A stretch of 62,701 nucleotides of DNA, the filler included. It is 5 parts of 5 records of this genome, joined end to end, with 100 filler letters (N's around TTAATTAATTAA, not from the genome) between each part and the next. Parts side by side here need not be neighbours in the genome. Positions count along the whole stretch, not along the records: positions 16,366 to 33,321 come from SRR20825010_1485; positions 33,422 to 46,517 come from SRR20825010_1487; 3 more parts are not named here. The stretch is one strand, 5' to 3'. Shown here in pieces: positions 30,685 to 41,012 of this stretch. Under the pieces are notes generated by a model. It ran no database searches, was not told the origin of the DNA, and saw only the letters and a program-made list of their open reading frames with translations. Every line of letters begins with the position of its first letter. Position 1 is the first letter of the stretch. The position numbers and the translations under genes are program-made.

Positions 30685-30755
30685 AAGTATTAAAGTTTTG
30701 TATTTGTAGCTTAGTGAAGCAAAAAAGCGATTCTTATAGTAAGAATCGCTTTTTT
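30685..30755 (+). ncRNA. Candidate ECF-dependent small RNA (~70 nt)
   Basis: Lies between promoter copy 3 and a perfect terminator; no ORF; U-rich 5' part; 5' end estimated from promoter spacing. Confidence 0.5.
30721..30755. terminator. Bidirectional terminator (glyQS and candidate sRNA)
   Basis: A6-GCGATTCTTA-TAG-TAAGAATCGC-T6 perfect inverted repeat. Confidence 0.88.
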
Positions 30756-30775
30756 ACGTGTATGTGTAAATGTCG

Positions 30776-32314
30776 TTACGCTTTCAACAATGCTGTGAAG
30801 CTGACCTTCTCCGAGATCATCGCATTTAGTTTGCTAATTTCTACGCGGTCTTGAAGCATAGTATCTCTATCACGAATTGTTACGGTATTGTCTTCCAATG
30901 TTTGATGATCCACCATTATACAAAACGGTGTTCCAATGGCATCCTGACGACGGTAACGTTTTCCTGGCGAATCTTTTTCATCATAAGCACAGTTCATGTC
31001 GAACTTGAGAGCATCCATAATTTCACGCGCTTTCTCTGGGAGACCATCTTTTTTAGTTAACGGCATCACAGCTACTTTGTACGGAGCCAAAGCATGTGGC
31101 AATGAAAGAACAGCTCTTTCTGAACCATCCTCTAATGTTTCTGTTTTGTATGCTGAACTAATTACGGCCAAAAACATTCGATCCAATCCTACGGATGTTT
31201 CTACTACGTAAGGCACATAATTCTGATTCAATTCTGGATCGAAATACTGTAATTTCTTCCCAGAGAATTTTTCGTGTTGTTTTAAGTCGAAATCTGTTCT
31301 TGAGTGAATTCCTTCGAGTTCTTTGAACCCCATTGGGAAGTTAAACTCAATATCAGCGGCAGCATTTGCATAGTGGGCCAATTTAAGATGGTCATGGAAG
31401 CGATAGTTATCGTCACCCAAACCAAGTGCCTTGTGCCATTTGATTCTTGCCGCTTTCCAGTATTCATACCATTGCATTTCTTCTCCTGGTCGAACAAAAA
31501 ATTGCATTTCCATCTGCTCAAATTCACGCATTCTAAAGATGAATTGTCGCGCTACGATCTCATTTCTAAATGCTTTACCAATCTGTGCAATTCCAAACGG
31601 AATTTTCATTCTCCCCGTTTTTTGAACATTGAGGAAATTCACAAAAATTCCTTGTGCCGTTTCAGGACGCAAATAAATCGTAGCCGCGTCTCCAGCAACA
31701 GAACCAAGTTCAGTAGAAAACATTAGGTTGAATTGACGCACTTCAGTCCAATTTGTGGTTCCTGAAATAGGACAAACAATCCCCAAATCCATAATTAAAT
31801 TATAGACTCCCTCAAGATCGTTCACACCCAACGTTTCGCGCATTCTATTTTCAACAGTTGTAATCTTTTCGTTGTTGCGAAGTACATTTGGATTTGTTGC
31901 AATGAATTGAGCTTGATCAAAAGAATCGCCAAATCGCTTTGCAGCTTTATCCACTTCTTTTTGATTTTTCAAGCGAATTTTCTCAATGTATTCTTCAAGA
32001 AGAACATCTGCACGGTATCTTTTCTTAGAATCTTTATTGTCGATCAATGGATCGTTAAACGCATCAACGTGACCCGAGGCTTTCCAAGTTGTTGGGTGCA
32101 TGAAAATTGCAGAATCAATTCCCACAATGTTCTCGTGCATCTGAACCATCGATTTCCACCAATACGCTTTGATGTTGTTTTTTAATTCCGCCCCAAGCTG
32201 ACCGTAGTCATAGGTAGCAGCGAGCCCATCATAAATTTCAGAAGATGGAAAAACAAATCCGTATTCCTTCGCGTGGGAAATAACATCTTTAAGGTTGTCG
32301 TCTTTTTGTTGCAT
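30776..32314 (-). CDS. glyQS: Glycine--tRNA ligase, homodimeric type
   Basis: YLRPETAQGIF, FRNEI..FIFRMREFEQME and GKRYRRQDAIGTP. Confidence 0.96.
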   Translation of the reverse strand: MQQKDDNLKDVISHAKEYGFVFPSSEIYDGLAATYDYGQLGAELKNNIKAYWWKSMVQMHENIVGIDSAIFMHPTTWKASGHVDAFNDPLIDNKDSKKRYRADVLLEEYIEKIRLKNQKEVDKAAKRFGDSFDQAQFIATNPNVLRNNEKITTVENRMRETLGVNDLEGVYNLIMDLGIVCPISGTTNWTEVRQFNLMFSTELGSVAGDAATIYLRPETAQGIFVNFLNVQKTGRMKIPFGIAQIGKAFRNEIVARQFIFRMREFEQMEMQFFVRPGEEMQWYEYWKAARIKWHKALGLGDDNYRFHDHLKLAHYANAAADIEFNFPMGFKELEGIHSRTDFDLKQHEKFSGKKLQYFDPELNQNYVPYVVETSVGLDRMFLAVISSAYKTETLEDGSERAVLSLPHALAPYKVAVMPLTKKDGLPEKAREIMDALKFDMNCAYDEKDSPGKRYRRQDAIGTPFCIMVDHQTLEDNTVTIRDRDTMLQDRVEISKLNAMISEKVSFTALLKA

Positions 32315-32427
32315 GGCGCAAAGATAATGGAAGAAGTCAAAACTTTAGTGCCAGAAGTTGGTGAAATTGCGACACTTAATTCAGTTCTTTTTTCTTTTCA
32401 CCGAAAACACCGTATCTTTGCGCTGCT

Positions 32428-33321
32428 TTGGCAAAGATTAGAGACATAGATTTAGGAGATTTTCCGCTGTTACTCGCTCCCATGGAGGACGTGAGTGATC
32501 CGCCGTTTCGCGCATTGTGCAAGAAGCATGGAGCGGATTTAATGTACACGGAGTTCATTTCTTCAGAAGGTCTCATTCGCGATGCTGCAAAAAGCGTTCA
32601 AAAACTCGATATTTTCGAATATGAACGACCCATTGGAATTCAAATTTTCGGTTACGATATCGAAAGCATGAAACAAGCAACCGAAATCACCGAGCAAACA
32701 AATCCGGATATTATTGACATTAATTACGGATGTCCAGTTAAGAAGGTAGCGTGTAAAGGTGCGGGAGCTGGGATTCTTCAGGACATTCCGAAAATGGTCA
32801 AAATGACTGCGGAAATTGTCAAAAGCACAAAACTTCCAGTGACGGTTAAAACGCGCTTGGGTTGGGATGAAGACACAAAGTTCATTGTAGAAGTTGCTGA
32901 GCGATTGCAAGATGTTGGAATCGAAGGAATTTCCATTCACGGAAGAACGCGAAAGCAGATGTACAAGGGAAGTGCGGATTGGAGTTTAATCGCCGATGTG
33001 AAGAACAACCCACGAATGAAAATTCCAGTGTTCGGAAATGGCGACATTGACACACCTGAGAAAGCACTAGAATACAAAAACACTTATGGCGTTGACGGTG
33101 TAATGATCGGTCGCGCGAGTATCGGTTATCCTTGGATTTTTAACGAGATTAAGCACTTCGTGAAAACAGGACAACATTTGGCAAAACCTTCGGTGTCGGA
33201 TCGCGTTGATGCGGCAATTCAACATTTGGAAATGAGTGTTCAATGGAAGGGTGAAATTTTAGGAATTGCTGAAATGAAACGCCATTACACGAACTATTTC
33301 AAAGGAATTTCCCACTTTAAA
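32428..33321 (+). CDS. dusB: tRNA-dihydrouridine synthase B (3' end truncated by gap)
   Basis: LAPMEDVSD, DINYGCP, HGRT, GNGDI and MIGRA. Confidence 0.92.
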
Positions 33322-33421
33322 NNNNNNNNNNNNNNNNNNNNNNNNNNNNNNNNNNNNNNNNNNNNTTAATTAATTAANNNNNNNNNNNNNNNNNNNNNNN
33401 NNNNNNNNNNNNNNNNNNNNN
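33322..33421. other. Artificial contig spacer
   Basis: N run with TTAATTAATTAA. Confidence 0.99.
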
Positions 33422-34048
33422 AAGTTACTGTTCTTAGGAAGTTCTTGTATTTATCCAAAATTAGCAAATCAACCCATCCATGAGGATAGTTTGTTAAATG
33501 GGCCACTGGAGGAGACAAATGAGCCTTATGCTATTGCTAAAATAGCGGGGATTAAATTGTGTGAGACTTATCGCTATCAATATGGTGTTGATTTTATTAG
33601 TGCAATGCCAACGAATCTCTATGGGCCGAATGATAATTATGATTTGAACAATTCGCACGTTCTTCCAGCATTGATTCGGAAGTTTCACATGGCCAAGTTA
33701 GAAAAAAAAGGTCAAGTAGAAGTTTGGGGGTCTGGAAAGCCATTAAGAGAGTTCTTGCACGTTGACGATTTGGCTGCGGCCTGCTTATTTCTCATGAAAA
33801 ACTACTCTCAAGATCAAATTATCAATGTGGGGTTTGGTGAAGATCTTAGCATTAGAGCTTTGGCTAAGTTGGTTAAAGAAGTTATAGGGTTTGAAGGTGA
33901 AATAGTCTTTAATTCTTCCAAGCCGGATGGTACACCCCGAAAGCTTATGGACAGTTCTAAATTAAGAAAACTGGGTTGGAAACCACAAATCAGTCTGGAA
34001 AATGGGGTCAATTCAGTCTACAAAAATGTCATTAAATCAAATTGGTAA
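33422..34048 (+). CDS. fcl: GDP-L-fucose synthase (5' end truncated)
   Basis: Frame open from the gap: [35 protein letters not shown] and KPDGTPRK. Confidence 0.93.
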   Translation, partial: KLLFLGSSCIYPKLANQPIHEDSLLNGPLEETNEPYAIAKIAGIKLCETYRYQYGVDFISAMPTNLYGPNDNYDLNNSHVLPALIRKFHMAKLEKKGQVEVWGSGKPLREFLHVDDLAAACLFLMKNYSQDQIINVGFGEDLSIRALAKLVKEVIGFEGEIVFNSSKPDGTPRKLMDSSKLRKLGWKPQISLENGVNSVYKNVIKSNW

Positions 34049-34360
34049 GCGATTGTAAGCTTCCCCGAATTTTGGCCCATTCAAAACAAGAGTTTCAAAC
34101 CTAGTAAAATTCTTCATAAATCTGTTTAGGAGTTTTGTTCCCTAGTCCTTCGAGAGGTCTATTATAATTGTAACCCTGTTTCCAGTTTTCGGTTAACAAT
34201 CGGACTTGTCTCATATTTTTGAAGACATAAGTATTTTAGGATCTGGTTTTACAGAGTTTTATTAAATAGTATTGAAGTAAATAGCGCCCTCAACGATTAA
34301 AAAGGAGTGTGTATTAAGTATCTCAAAATTAGAGTATACAACAAAAAACACAATCTCCCA

Positions 34361-34480
34361 ATGTCAAATCTGAATTTATTCTCGCAGTTCGTTTCCAGTA
34401 TTGTACCCAATTACAACGACCCGTTTGAAGAGGTCATTTTGGATTGGTTTAAAGACTGGGTCAAAACGGAGCTGAAGTAA
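34361..34480 (+). CDS. Putative 39-aa small protein, absent from the ORF track
   Basis: ATG..TAA, MSNLNLFSQFVSSIVPNYNDPFEEVILDWFKDWVKTELK, after an A-rich leader. Confidence 0.45.
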   Translation: MSNLNLFSQFVSSIVPNYNDPFEEVILDWFKDWVKTELK

Positions 34481-34559
34481 GGACTAAATAAATAGCTCAT
34501 TGGCTTTAGTGAAATAGTTACCTGAAAATCCTTAACTTCGCCATGTAAATGATTAGCAT

Positions 34560-35939
34560 ATGGCGAGTCGAAGATACTCTCAATATTTCACTTTATTCTT
34601 TGTGTTGGCCGATTTGACAGCACTAAACATTGCGTTGCTAGGGGCCAATTACGTCAAGTTTGGTTTTCTTTTTAATGCTAATGAGTCTTATCAATTACTA
34701 CAGGGATTTCTAAACATACTATGGGTTTTGGTGTTTTTCGGTGCAAGACTTCATCAAATAAAAAGGGAAAACCGACTACTGGATCATCTTAATACTGTGT
34801 TAACTGCTTTAGTTGTAAATCTTGCTTTTGTCTTTGCTGTTTGGTTTTTGACTAAGCCCTTCTATTATTCCCGAGAATACCTTTTTTATGTTTATTTAAT
34901 TTTCACAGCTCTAATTGTTTTATGGCGATCTGTTTGGCATTATTTCATCCGTTACTACAGATCCAAAGGTTATAATATAAGGAACGTTATTATTCTTGGT
35001 CACACAACAGTTGCCGAGGATTTGGTCAACCTGTTTGAGGTTGATAAAGGCATAGGTTATAAGTTTTTGGGCTATTTTGATGATGAGGTTCAAGGAGACA
35101 AAATAGTCGGAAAAATTACTGAAGCCGAATCCTTTGCCCTAAAAAGTAAGGTGGATATTATTTTTTGTTATCTCCCAAAAATGGGTGACGAAGGAGTGAC
35201 CAATTTGGTAAATTTTGCGGAAAATAATCTAATAAAAGTAAAAATAATCAGTCAGTTCAGTGCTTTGGGCTTTAGCAATTTGACTATCCAGAATTATGGT
35301 TCCATACCAACGATTAATATCACTGATTTACCCTTGGACAAAAAGTTTAATCAGTACATAAAAAGAATTTTTGATCTTATTTTTTCAACCCTAGTTATTC
35401 TATCGGTTCTTTCCTGGTTGATTCCAATTATTGCAGCTGTAATACGGATAGAATCAAATGGCCCAATATTCTTTAGGCAGGAAAGAAATGGCTTAAAAAA
35501 TAAAAAATTCAAAATATGGAAATTCCGGACCATGTATGTTCATAAGGACAGCAAAGTACTTCAGGCTAGAAAAGATGATAGACGAATAACAAGGGTAGGT
35601 GCTATATTGCGCAAGACGAGTATTGATGAACTTCCCCAATTTATGAACGTATTTGTCGGAGACATGTCGGTTGTTGGCCCACGTCCACATGCTGTTAAAC
35701 ATAACGAAGAATTCAGGAAGAAAATTGATCGATTCATTCAGCGTCATGCTGTTAAACCCGGTATAACTGGTTTGGCGCAAGCAAAAGGATATAGAGGGGA
35801 AACGACGACCTTTAATGATATTCAAGGCAGAGTCAAACTGGATCGGTTTTATGTAAAGAATTGGTCACTAATTCTCGACTTCAAAATTATCATTTTAACC
35901 ATTGTCTCTATTTTGAAAGGAAGTGAGAATGCTTACTAG
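34560..35939 (+). CDS. wcaJ: Undecaprenyl-phosphate sugar phosphotransferase (WcaJ type)
   Basis: Four N-terminal TM helices; KRIFD, KFRTM, RKTSIDELPQF, VGPRPH and KPGITGLAQ. Confidence 0.88.
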   Translation: MASRRYSQYFTLFFVLADLTALNIALLGANYVKFGFLFNANESYQLLQGFLNILWVLVFFGARLHQIKRENRLLDHLNTVLTALVVNLAFVFAVWFLTKPFYYSREYLFYVYLIFTALIVLWRSVWHYFIRYYRSKGYNIRNVIILGHTTVAEDLVNLFEVDKGIGYKFLGYFDDEVQGDKIVGKITEAESFALKSKVDIIFCYLPKMGDEGVTNLVNFAENNLIKVKIISQFSALGFSNLTIQNYGSIPTINITDLPLDKKFNQYIKRIFDLIFSTLVILSVLSWLIPIIAAVIRIESNGPIFFRQERNGLKNKKFKIWKFRTMYVHKDSKVLQARKDDRRITRVGAILRKTSIDELPQFMNVFVGDMSVVGPRPHAVKHNEEFRKKIDRFIQRHAVKPGITGLAQAKGYRGETTTFNDIQGRVKLDRFYVKNWSLILDFKIIILTIVSILKGSENAY

Positions 35940-35961
35940 AATATTGTCTCAGGCACCTCCC

Positions 35962-36453
35962 TTAATTTCGTTCTTTGAAAATGTCATTGTACAAAATCCG
36001 GCCTCCTTCTATAAATAGGAGAATGAAGGGAAGTCCAAACAGCTTCTTAAAAGCATCGTAGCTGATATTGTAAACCACTTCCCATCTGAAATATTTACCG
36101 ACTAGGGCCAGTCCTACAGAAACCATTATGAGTCCTGTAAGTCCTAGTGTTAAATAGTTTCTTGTTCGCTTTTGCTTGTTGAAAAGAATATAAATAAAAG
36201 AAATGTGGAGCAGAAAGTAAGAGGGATAATATAGCAGCCAACCTAATATGTAATCTTGATATGAATCAGATTGCCGAAACTCGATTAAAAGTATTTTGAT
36301 TTTCTGACCATCGATTCCGAACTGAATAAAAAAATCACTAAGTATTTTTGAGAATACTATCGCAACCATGTTCTTAAAAAAACCATAGATCACTATCAGG
36401 ATCAGTACAAGGGTAGAAAGTGTTTTGGAAGAAATATTTCTAAACATTCCCAA
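35962..36453 (-). CDS. Exosortase-associated membrane protein
   Basis: Multi-TM protein overlapping the 3' end of the exosortase gene. Confidence 0.6.
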   Translation of the reverse strand: MGMFRNISSKTLSTLVLILIVIYGFFKNMVAIVFSKILSDFFIQFGIDGQKIKILLIEFRQSDSYQDYILGWLLYYPSYFLLHISFIYILFNKQKRTRNYLTLGLTGLIMVSVGLALVGKYFRWEVVYNISYDAFKKLFGLPFILLFIEGGRILYNDIFKERN

Positions 36454-36967
36454 TAACCGAATAGCGTTTCAACCAGAACCTCCAAATAAGGAAAACAACA
36501 ATATATACTACAAAAACATAAGTGTATTTATGGTTGAATTCGAAGGTTTCCTGAAAGAATTTATAATTTAAAGAGAGGATGATTTCCCTCAATACGTTCA
36601 CTAAAAAGATAATTCCAATTCCCATCGGAATAAAAATGGATTTATAAAGAATCTTACCTGGAAAGCATAACAGGAATCCTGCGTAGAGAGCAAATAGTTC
36701 GAGACCATTACATGCATCTGCGACTAACACCACGGCCTGATTATCAATATAAACAAGGTCACCTTCACCATAGGTTTCATATCCAAAAAGATCCAGGCCA
36801 ATGACCGTTCCTTGTATTACGAGGTTTGTTAGAAAGGCATTGATTCTGCCGTCTGGTTGAATAATGCCATAGTAGGCGATCAGCCAGATCACATAGGCGA
36901 TTCCACATCGGATCAAAAAAACCTTTACCAGTTTTTTTCTGTCGTCGTATTTATTTTCTCCACTCAC
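36440..36967 (-). CDS. Exosortase/archaeosortase family protein (Bacteroidota XrtF/XrtX-like)
   Basis: Catalytic-type Cys (ADACNG), Arg (NVLR) and His (FNHKY); GTG 36967 after TATTTTTG preferred over TTG 37009. Confidence 0.82.
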   Translation of the reverse strand: MSGENKYDDRKKLVKVFLIRCGIAYVIWLIAYYGIIQPDGRINAFLTNLVIQGTVIGLDLFGYETYGEGDLVYIDNQAVVLVADACNGLELFALYAGFLLCFPGKILYKSIFIPMGIGIIFLVNVLREIILSLNYKFFQETFEFNHKYTYVFVVYIVVFLIWRFWLKRYSVIGNV

Positions 36968-37189
36968 AAAAACAAAAATACAACATCTTCTCAATCTGGA
37001 AAGCTTCAATTTGAGGAGAGTTACAAAGACTATTCAGCAACATGGAAATGATAGGCTTACTGAGCTGTAACAAATACATATGTTCTCTATGGCGAGAACA
37101 ATAAACAAGGCAACCAAATCAAACTTAGAATCAAATAACCCTCAAACGTCTTTTTTTGAGTTATTTTGCCTGCTATTGGCAACCACCTT

Positions 37190-38545
37190 ATGATGAACTG
37201 GCTCAACCTTCTTTCTCCCAAACGATTTGGGGATAAATCAGAAATAGAACTTTCACAAGAAACCAGAAGCAGATTCGAGCAGGATTTTGATCGTCTTATT
37301 TTTTCGCATCCCTTCCGAAAGCTTCAGGATAAAACACAGGTTTTCCCACTACCAGAGGATGATTTTGTGCATACAAGACTTACACACAGTCTAGAGGTGT
37401 CCAGCGTGGGACGTTCTCTTGGCAAGGCTGTGGGAGAGAAACTACTTCTCAAATACAATGAATTGGAAAAGGCCGGATATACCTTTCACGACTTTGGCGG
37501 GATCGTTGCTGCGGCGAGTTTGGCGCACGATTTAGGCAATCCACCTTTTGGACATTCCGGGGAGACAGCCATTTCTTCTTTTTTTCTCGACACAGAAAAA
37601 GGCGAGGGTTTTCAAAAGAAAGTAACCAAGCAAGAATGGGCCGATCTCATAGAGTTTGAAGGTAATGCGCAAGGTTTTCGGATATTAAACGACGAGAGCA
37701 ATGGTGGTTTGCGGCTCACTTTTGCCTGCTTGGGCGCGTTTACTAAATATCCTAAAACCGCATCAGCACCATGTGATAAGAAGCGAAAGAGTCAAAAGAA
37801 ATACGGTGTGTATCGAAGTGAGCTTGGCTATTTCAAAAGTCTGGCAGAAACGATGAAGCTCAATAAGCTGGACGAAGAAGCCTGGAACCGCCACCCATTG
37901 GCCTTTTTGGTTGAGGCAGCAGATGATATCTGCTACGGAATTATTGATCTTGAGGATGGATGCCGACTAGGTTTGGTGGATTTTGATGTAACCAAAAGAT
38001 TGCTTGCAGCAATCATTGGAAAAAGCTACTCGGAGGAGAAATTGCAGAAGATACCTGGGCAAAATGAAAAGCTTGGATTGCTACGAGCCATGGCCATTGG
38101 CAAACTGATTCGAGAGACCGTGGATGTTTTCCTAGAGAATGAAGGAGAGATGTTGAACGGATCATTCGATAAAGCATTAACCGATTTGATTCCTTCTTCA
38201 AAGACGCTGGAAGAGATTTCTGATTTATCAGTGAAAAAAATCTACCGATCCAAACATGTGCTGGAGCGCGAGGCAGGTGGTTTTGAAATCATCGGGAAAT
38301 TGATGGAGGCGTTTTGTATGGGAGCCTACAATAAGGTCTTCGACGAAAAAATGTTCACACCGAAGCAAAAGACCATTTTGCGACTGCTCACGGAAAATTA
38401 TGCTTTAAAAATCGAAACTGAAGGTCAAACCGTATACGAATTGCTACTCGTCGTTACTGATTTTATCTCTAGTTTGACCGACAGTCATGCGATCAAATTG
38501 TATAAGACCATTTATGGTTTTTCGCTCCCAAGTTCGAAGGCATAA
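37190..38545 (+). CDS. dgt: Deoxyguanosinetriphosphate triphosphohydrolase (HD domain)
   Basis: FRKLQDKTQVF, HTRLTHSLEV, AHDLGNPPFGHSGE, FEGNAQ and EAADDICY. Confidence 0.93.
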   Translation: MMNWLNLLSPKRFGDKSEIELSQETRSRFEQDFDRLIFSHPFRKLQDKTQVFPLPEDDFVHTRLTHSLEVSSVGRSLGKAVGEKLLLKYNELEKAGYTFHDFGGIVAAASLAHDLGNPPFGHSGETAISSFFLDTEKGEGFQKKVTKQEWADLIEFEGNAQGFRILNDESNGGLRLTFACLGAFTKYPKTASAPCDKKRKSQKKYGVYRSELGYFKSLAETMKLNKLDEEAWNRHPLAFLVEAADDICYGIIDLEDGCRLGLVDFDVTKRLLAAIIGKSYSEEKLQKIPGQNEKLGLLRAMAIGKLIRETVDVFLENEGEMLNGSFDKALTDLIPSSKTLEEISDLSVKKIYRSKHVLEREAGGFEIIGKLMEAFCMGAYNKVFDEKMFTPKQKTILRLLTENYALKIETEGQTVYELLLVVTDFISSLTDSHAIKLYKTIYGFSLPSSKA

Positions 38546-38617
38546 GTCGCCTTAATATCAATTACTTAATGCCTCTCCGAACTTAATAAAATAGTTACCT
38601 TTGCCCTCGTTTTAACG

Positions 38618-40990
38618 ATGTGGACCCACATAGCAAATATCATCCTTCAGTTTAGGATCACCCTCATGGTGATCCTTGGTGTTATTACTGTGTTCATGGG
38701 ATACAAGTCTCAGGATATCCAGTGGTCCTACGACATGGTCAACATCGTGCCGGAAGACGATCCCGATCAGATTTATTTCAGAGATTTCAAAAAACTTTTT
38801 GGTGAAGATGGTAATATCATGGCCATCGGAATAAAGGACAGTGCGCTGTACGAGTATTCCAACTTCCAGAAAATGCGTTTCCTTACCGACGAACTGGAGC
38901 GTATAAATGGAGTGAAAACAGTTTTGGGTCTGGCCAATTTGAAAATGCTGGAGAAGAACGATGTTGAAAAACGCTTCCAGCTCGTTCCATTATTCCCCGA
39001 AATTCCAACTGATCAAACAGTGCTTGACAGCCTTTTGGGTATCGCCAATGACCTTAAGTTCTATTCTGGTCAGCTTATTAACGAGGAGAATGGGGCAACA
39101 CTGATTCTGGTCACTGTTGATCGCGAGATTCTCAACTCTGAAAGTCGTTTCACCATGATCGACGATATCGTTCGTGCCGGTGATCAGTTTTCAGAAAAAT
39201 CCGGGATTGAAACGCATTACGCAGGTTTGCCTTATGTGCGGTCAGTCAACACCATCAAGATCAAACAGGAGCTAAATAAATTCTTGATTTATTCGGTTAT
39301 CGTTACAGGTCTGATCCTGTTTTTCTTCTTCAGATCGATCAAAGCCGTGTTTTTCCCTCTGGTTATCATCGGGGTGATTGTGGTTTGGGTCATGGGTTCA
39401 CTCGCAATTTTGCAATATAAAATCACTCTTCTGACCGGATTGATACCCTCAATTATTGTGGTGATTGGGATACCCAATAGTGTCTACATGCTCAATAAGT
39501 ACCATCATGAGTACTCGGCTCATGGCGATCAAATGAAGGCACTGGCGAAAATCATTCAGAATATTGGTGTGGTTACTTTCATCACCAATTTCACTACGGC
39601 AGTTGGATTTTTCGTGTTGATTTTCACGGAAATACCTATTCTTAAAGAGTTTGGAATCGTAGCTGGAATTAACATCATGTGCACCTTTGTGGTGAGTACC
39701 ATTTTGATTCCATCTGTGTTTTCGATGTTCAAGCCACCGAGCCAGCGACACCTGAAACATCTGGAGTTCAAGACATTGGATGTGGTGTTAAAATTTTTGG
39801 ACGATACAGTTCATGGCTATAGGAAACTGGTTTTTATTATTACTGGGATTCTTGTGATAGCCTCATTCTATGGATTGCTTCAAATAAAAGCCAACTCCTT
39901 TATGGTTGATGATTTGCCTGAGGACAGTCCGTTGAAAAAGGAACTGATGTTTTTCGAAACGAATTTCAGCGGGGTAATGCCTCTTGAGGTAATCGTTGAT
40001 ACTGGAAAGAAAAAAGGTGTTCAGCGGCTGAGCAATTTGCGAAAGATCAATGAGCTTGAAATGTTCCTTGATTCCATGGATCTGATTTCACAACCGGTAT
40101 CGGTAGTGAGCTTTATCAAAGCAGCCAGGCAGTCGTTTTATAAACAAAACCCGGATTTTTATTCTTTGCCTGACAACCGGGAAAGTTCTTTTATTCTGCG
40201 CTACCTTAAAGAAGAAGGAGACGAAGAAGGCATAGCCAAATCATTTGTGGATTCGACTGGTCAATTGATTCGAATATCACTGAAAATGCCAGATATTGGC
40301 TCCATAAAAATGGATTCGCTGGTCAACGACATTATATCTCCTAAAATCGATGAAATTTTTGGGGATACGGACATGAAGGTGAAGATAACTGGTACAGTTC
40401 CTCTGTTCATAAAAGGGAATAAATTCCTGATTGACAATCTCATAACTTCAATGATTTTTGCATTCATTATCATCGCGATCATCATGGCTATTCTGTTCAG
40501 AAACCTGCGGATGATTATCATCTCTTTAATCCCAAACACCATTCCGCTGATTATTACAGCAGGAATTATGGGCTATTTTGGTATTCCGCTCAAGCCAAGT
40601 ACGGCATTGATTTTTAGTATTGCTTTTGGTATTTCCGTGGATGATTCTATCCACTTTTTGGCCAAATACCGTCAGGAGTTGATCCTTCATAATTATTTTG
40701 TGCCTATTGCCGTAAGCAAAAGCCTAAAAGAAACCGGGTCAAGTATGATCTATACATCCATTATTTTGTTTTTTGGTTTTGTGATTTTCACAGCATCAGA
40801 ATTTGGTGGCACCATCGCTTTGGGTAAACTCACCTCAATCACCTTATTAATGGCGATGTTGACCAACTTGATCGTTCTTCCTGCTTTGTTGATGCAATTC
40901 GACACAGGAAAGATTAACAGAAAAGAACACCCGTTGATTGAGGAATACCCCGAGTTTAAGGAGTTGGAAGAGGGAGAAAAAAATTCATAA
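38618..40990 (+). CDS. MMPL/RND-family transporter
   Basis: Two repeats of periplasmic domain plus TM bundle; GISVDDSIHF. Confidence 0.88.
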   Translation: MWTHIANIILQFRITLMVILGVITVFMGYKSQDIQWSYDMVNIVPEDDPDQIYFRDFKKLFGEDGNIMAIGIKDSALYEYSNFQKMRFLTDELERINGVKTVLGLANLKMLEKNDVEKRFQLVPLFPEIPTDQTVLDSLLGIANDLKFYSGQLINEENGATLILVTVDREILNSESRFTMIDDIVRAGDQFSEKSGIETHYAGLPYVRSVNTIKIKQELNKFLIYSVIVTGLILFFFFRSIKAVFFPLVIIGVIVVWVMGSLAILQYKITLLTGLIPSIIVVIGIPNSVYMLNKYHHEYSAHGDQMKALAKIIQNIGVVTFITNFTTAVGFFVLIFTEIPILKEFGIVAGINIMCTFVVSTILIPSVFSMFKPPSQRHLKHLEFKTLDVVLKFLDDTVHGYRKLVFIITGILVIASFYGLLQIKANSFMVDDLPEDSPLKKELMFFETNFSGVMPLEVIVDTGKKKGVQRLSNLRKINELEMFLDSMDLISQPVSVVSFIKAARQSFYKQNPDFYSLPDNRESSFILRYLKEEGDEEGIAKSFVDSTGQLIRISLKMPDIGSIKMDSLVNDIISPKIDEIFGDTDMKVKITGTVPLFIKGNKFLIDNLITSMIFAFIIIAIIMAILFRNLRMIIISLIPNTIPLIITAGIMGYFGIPLKPSTALIFSIAFGISVDDSIHFLAKYRQELILHNYFVPIAVSKSLKETGSSMIYTSIILFFGFVIFTASEFGGTIALGKLTSITLLMAMLTNLIVLPALLMQFDTGKINRKEHPLIEEYPEFKELEEGEKNS

Positions 40991-41012
40991 CAGATTAAGC
41001 GATTACAATAAG

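Noticed and set aside
37190-38545. dGTPase as an anti-phage defence gene
   Set aside because: Ordinary Dgt motifs in a housekeeping context; no defence or mobile genes nearby
40938-41012. ORF-track N-terminal extensions (ileS 40938, also 1614, 20898, 37009, 37166, 47302, 48754)
   Set aside because: They overlap neighbouring genes or promoter elements, or lack family-like sequence; downstream starts fit better
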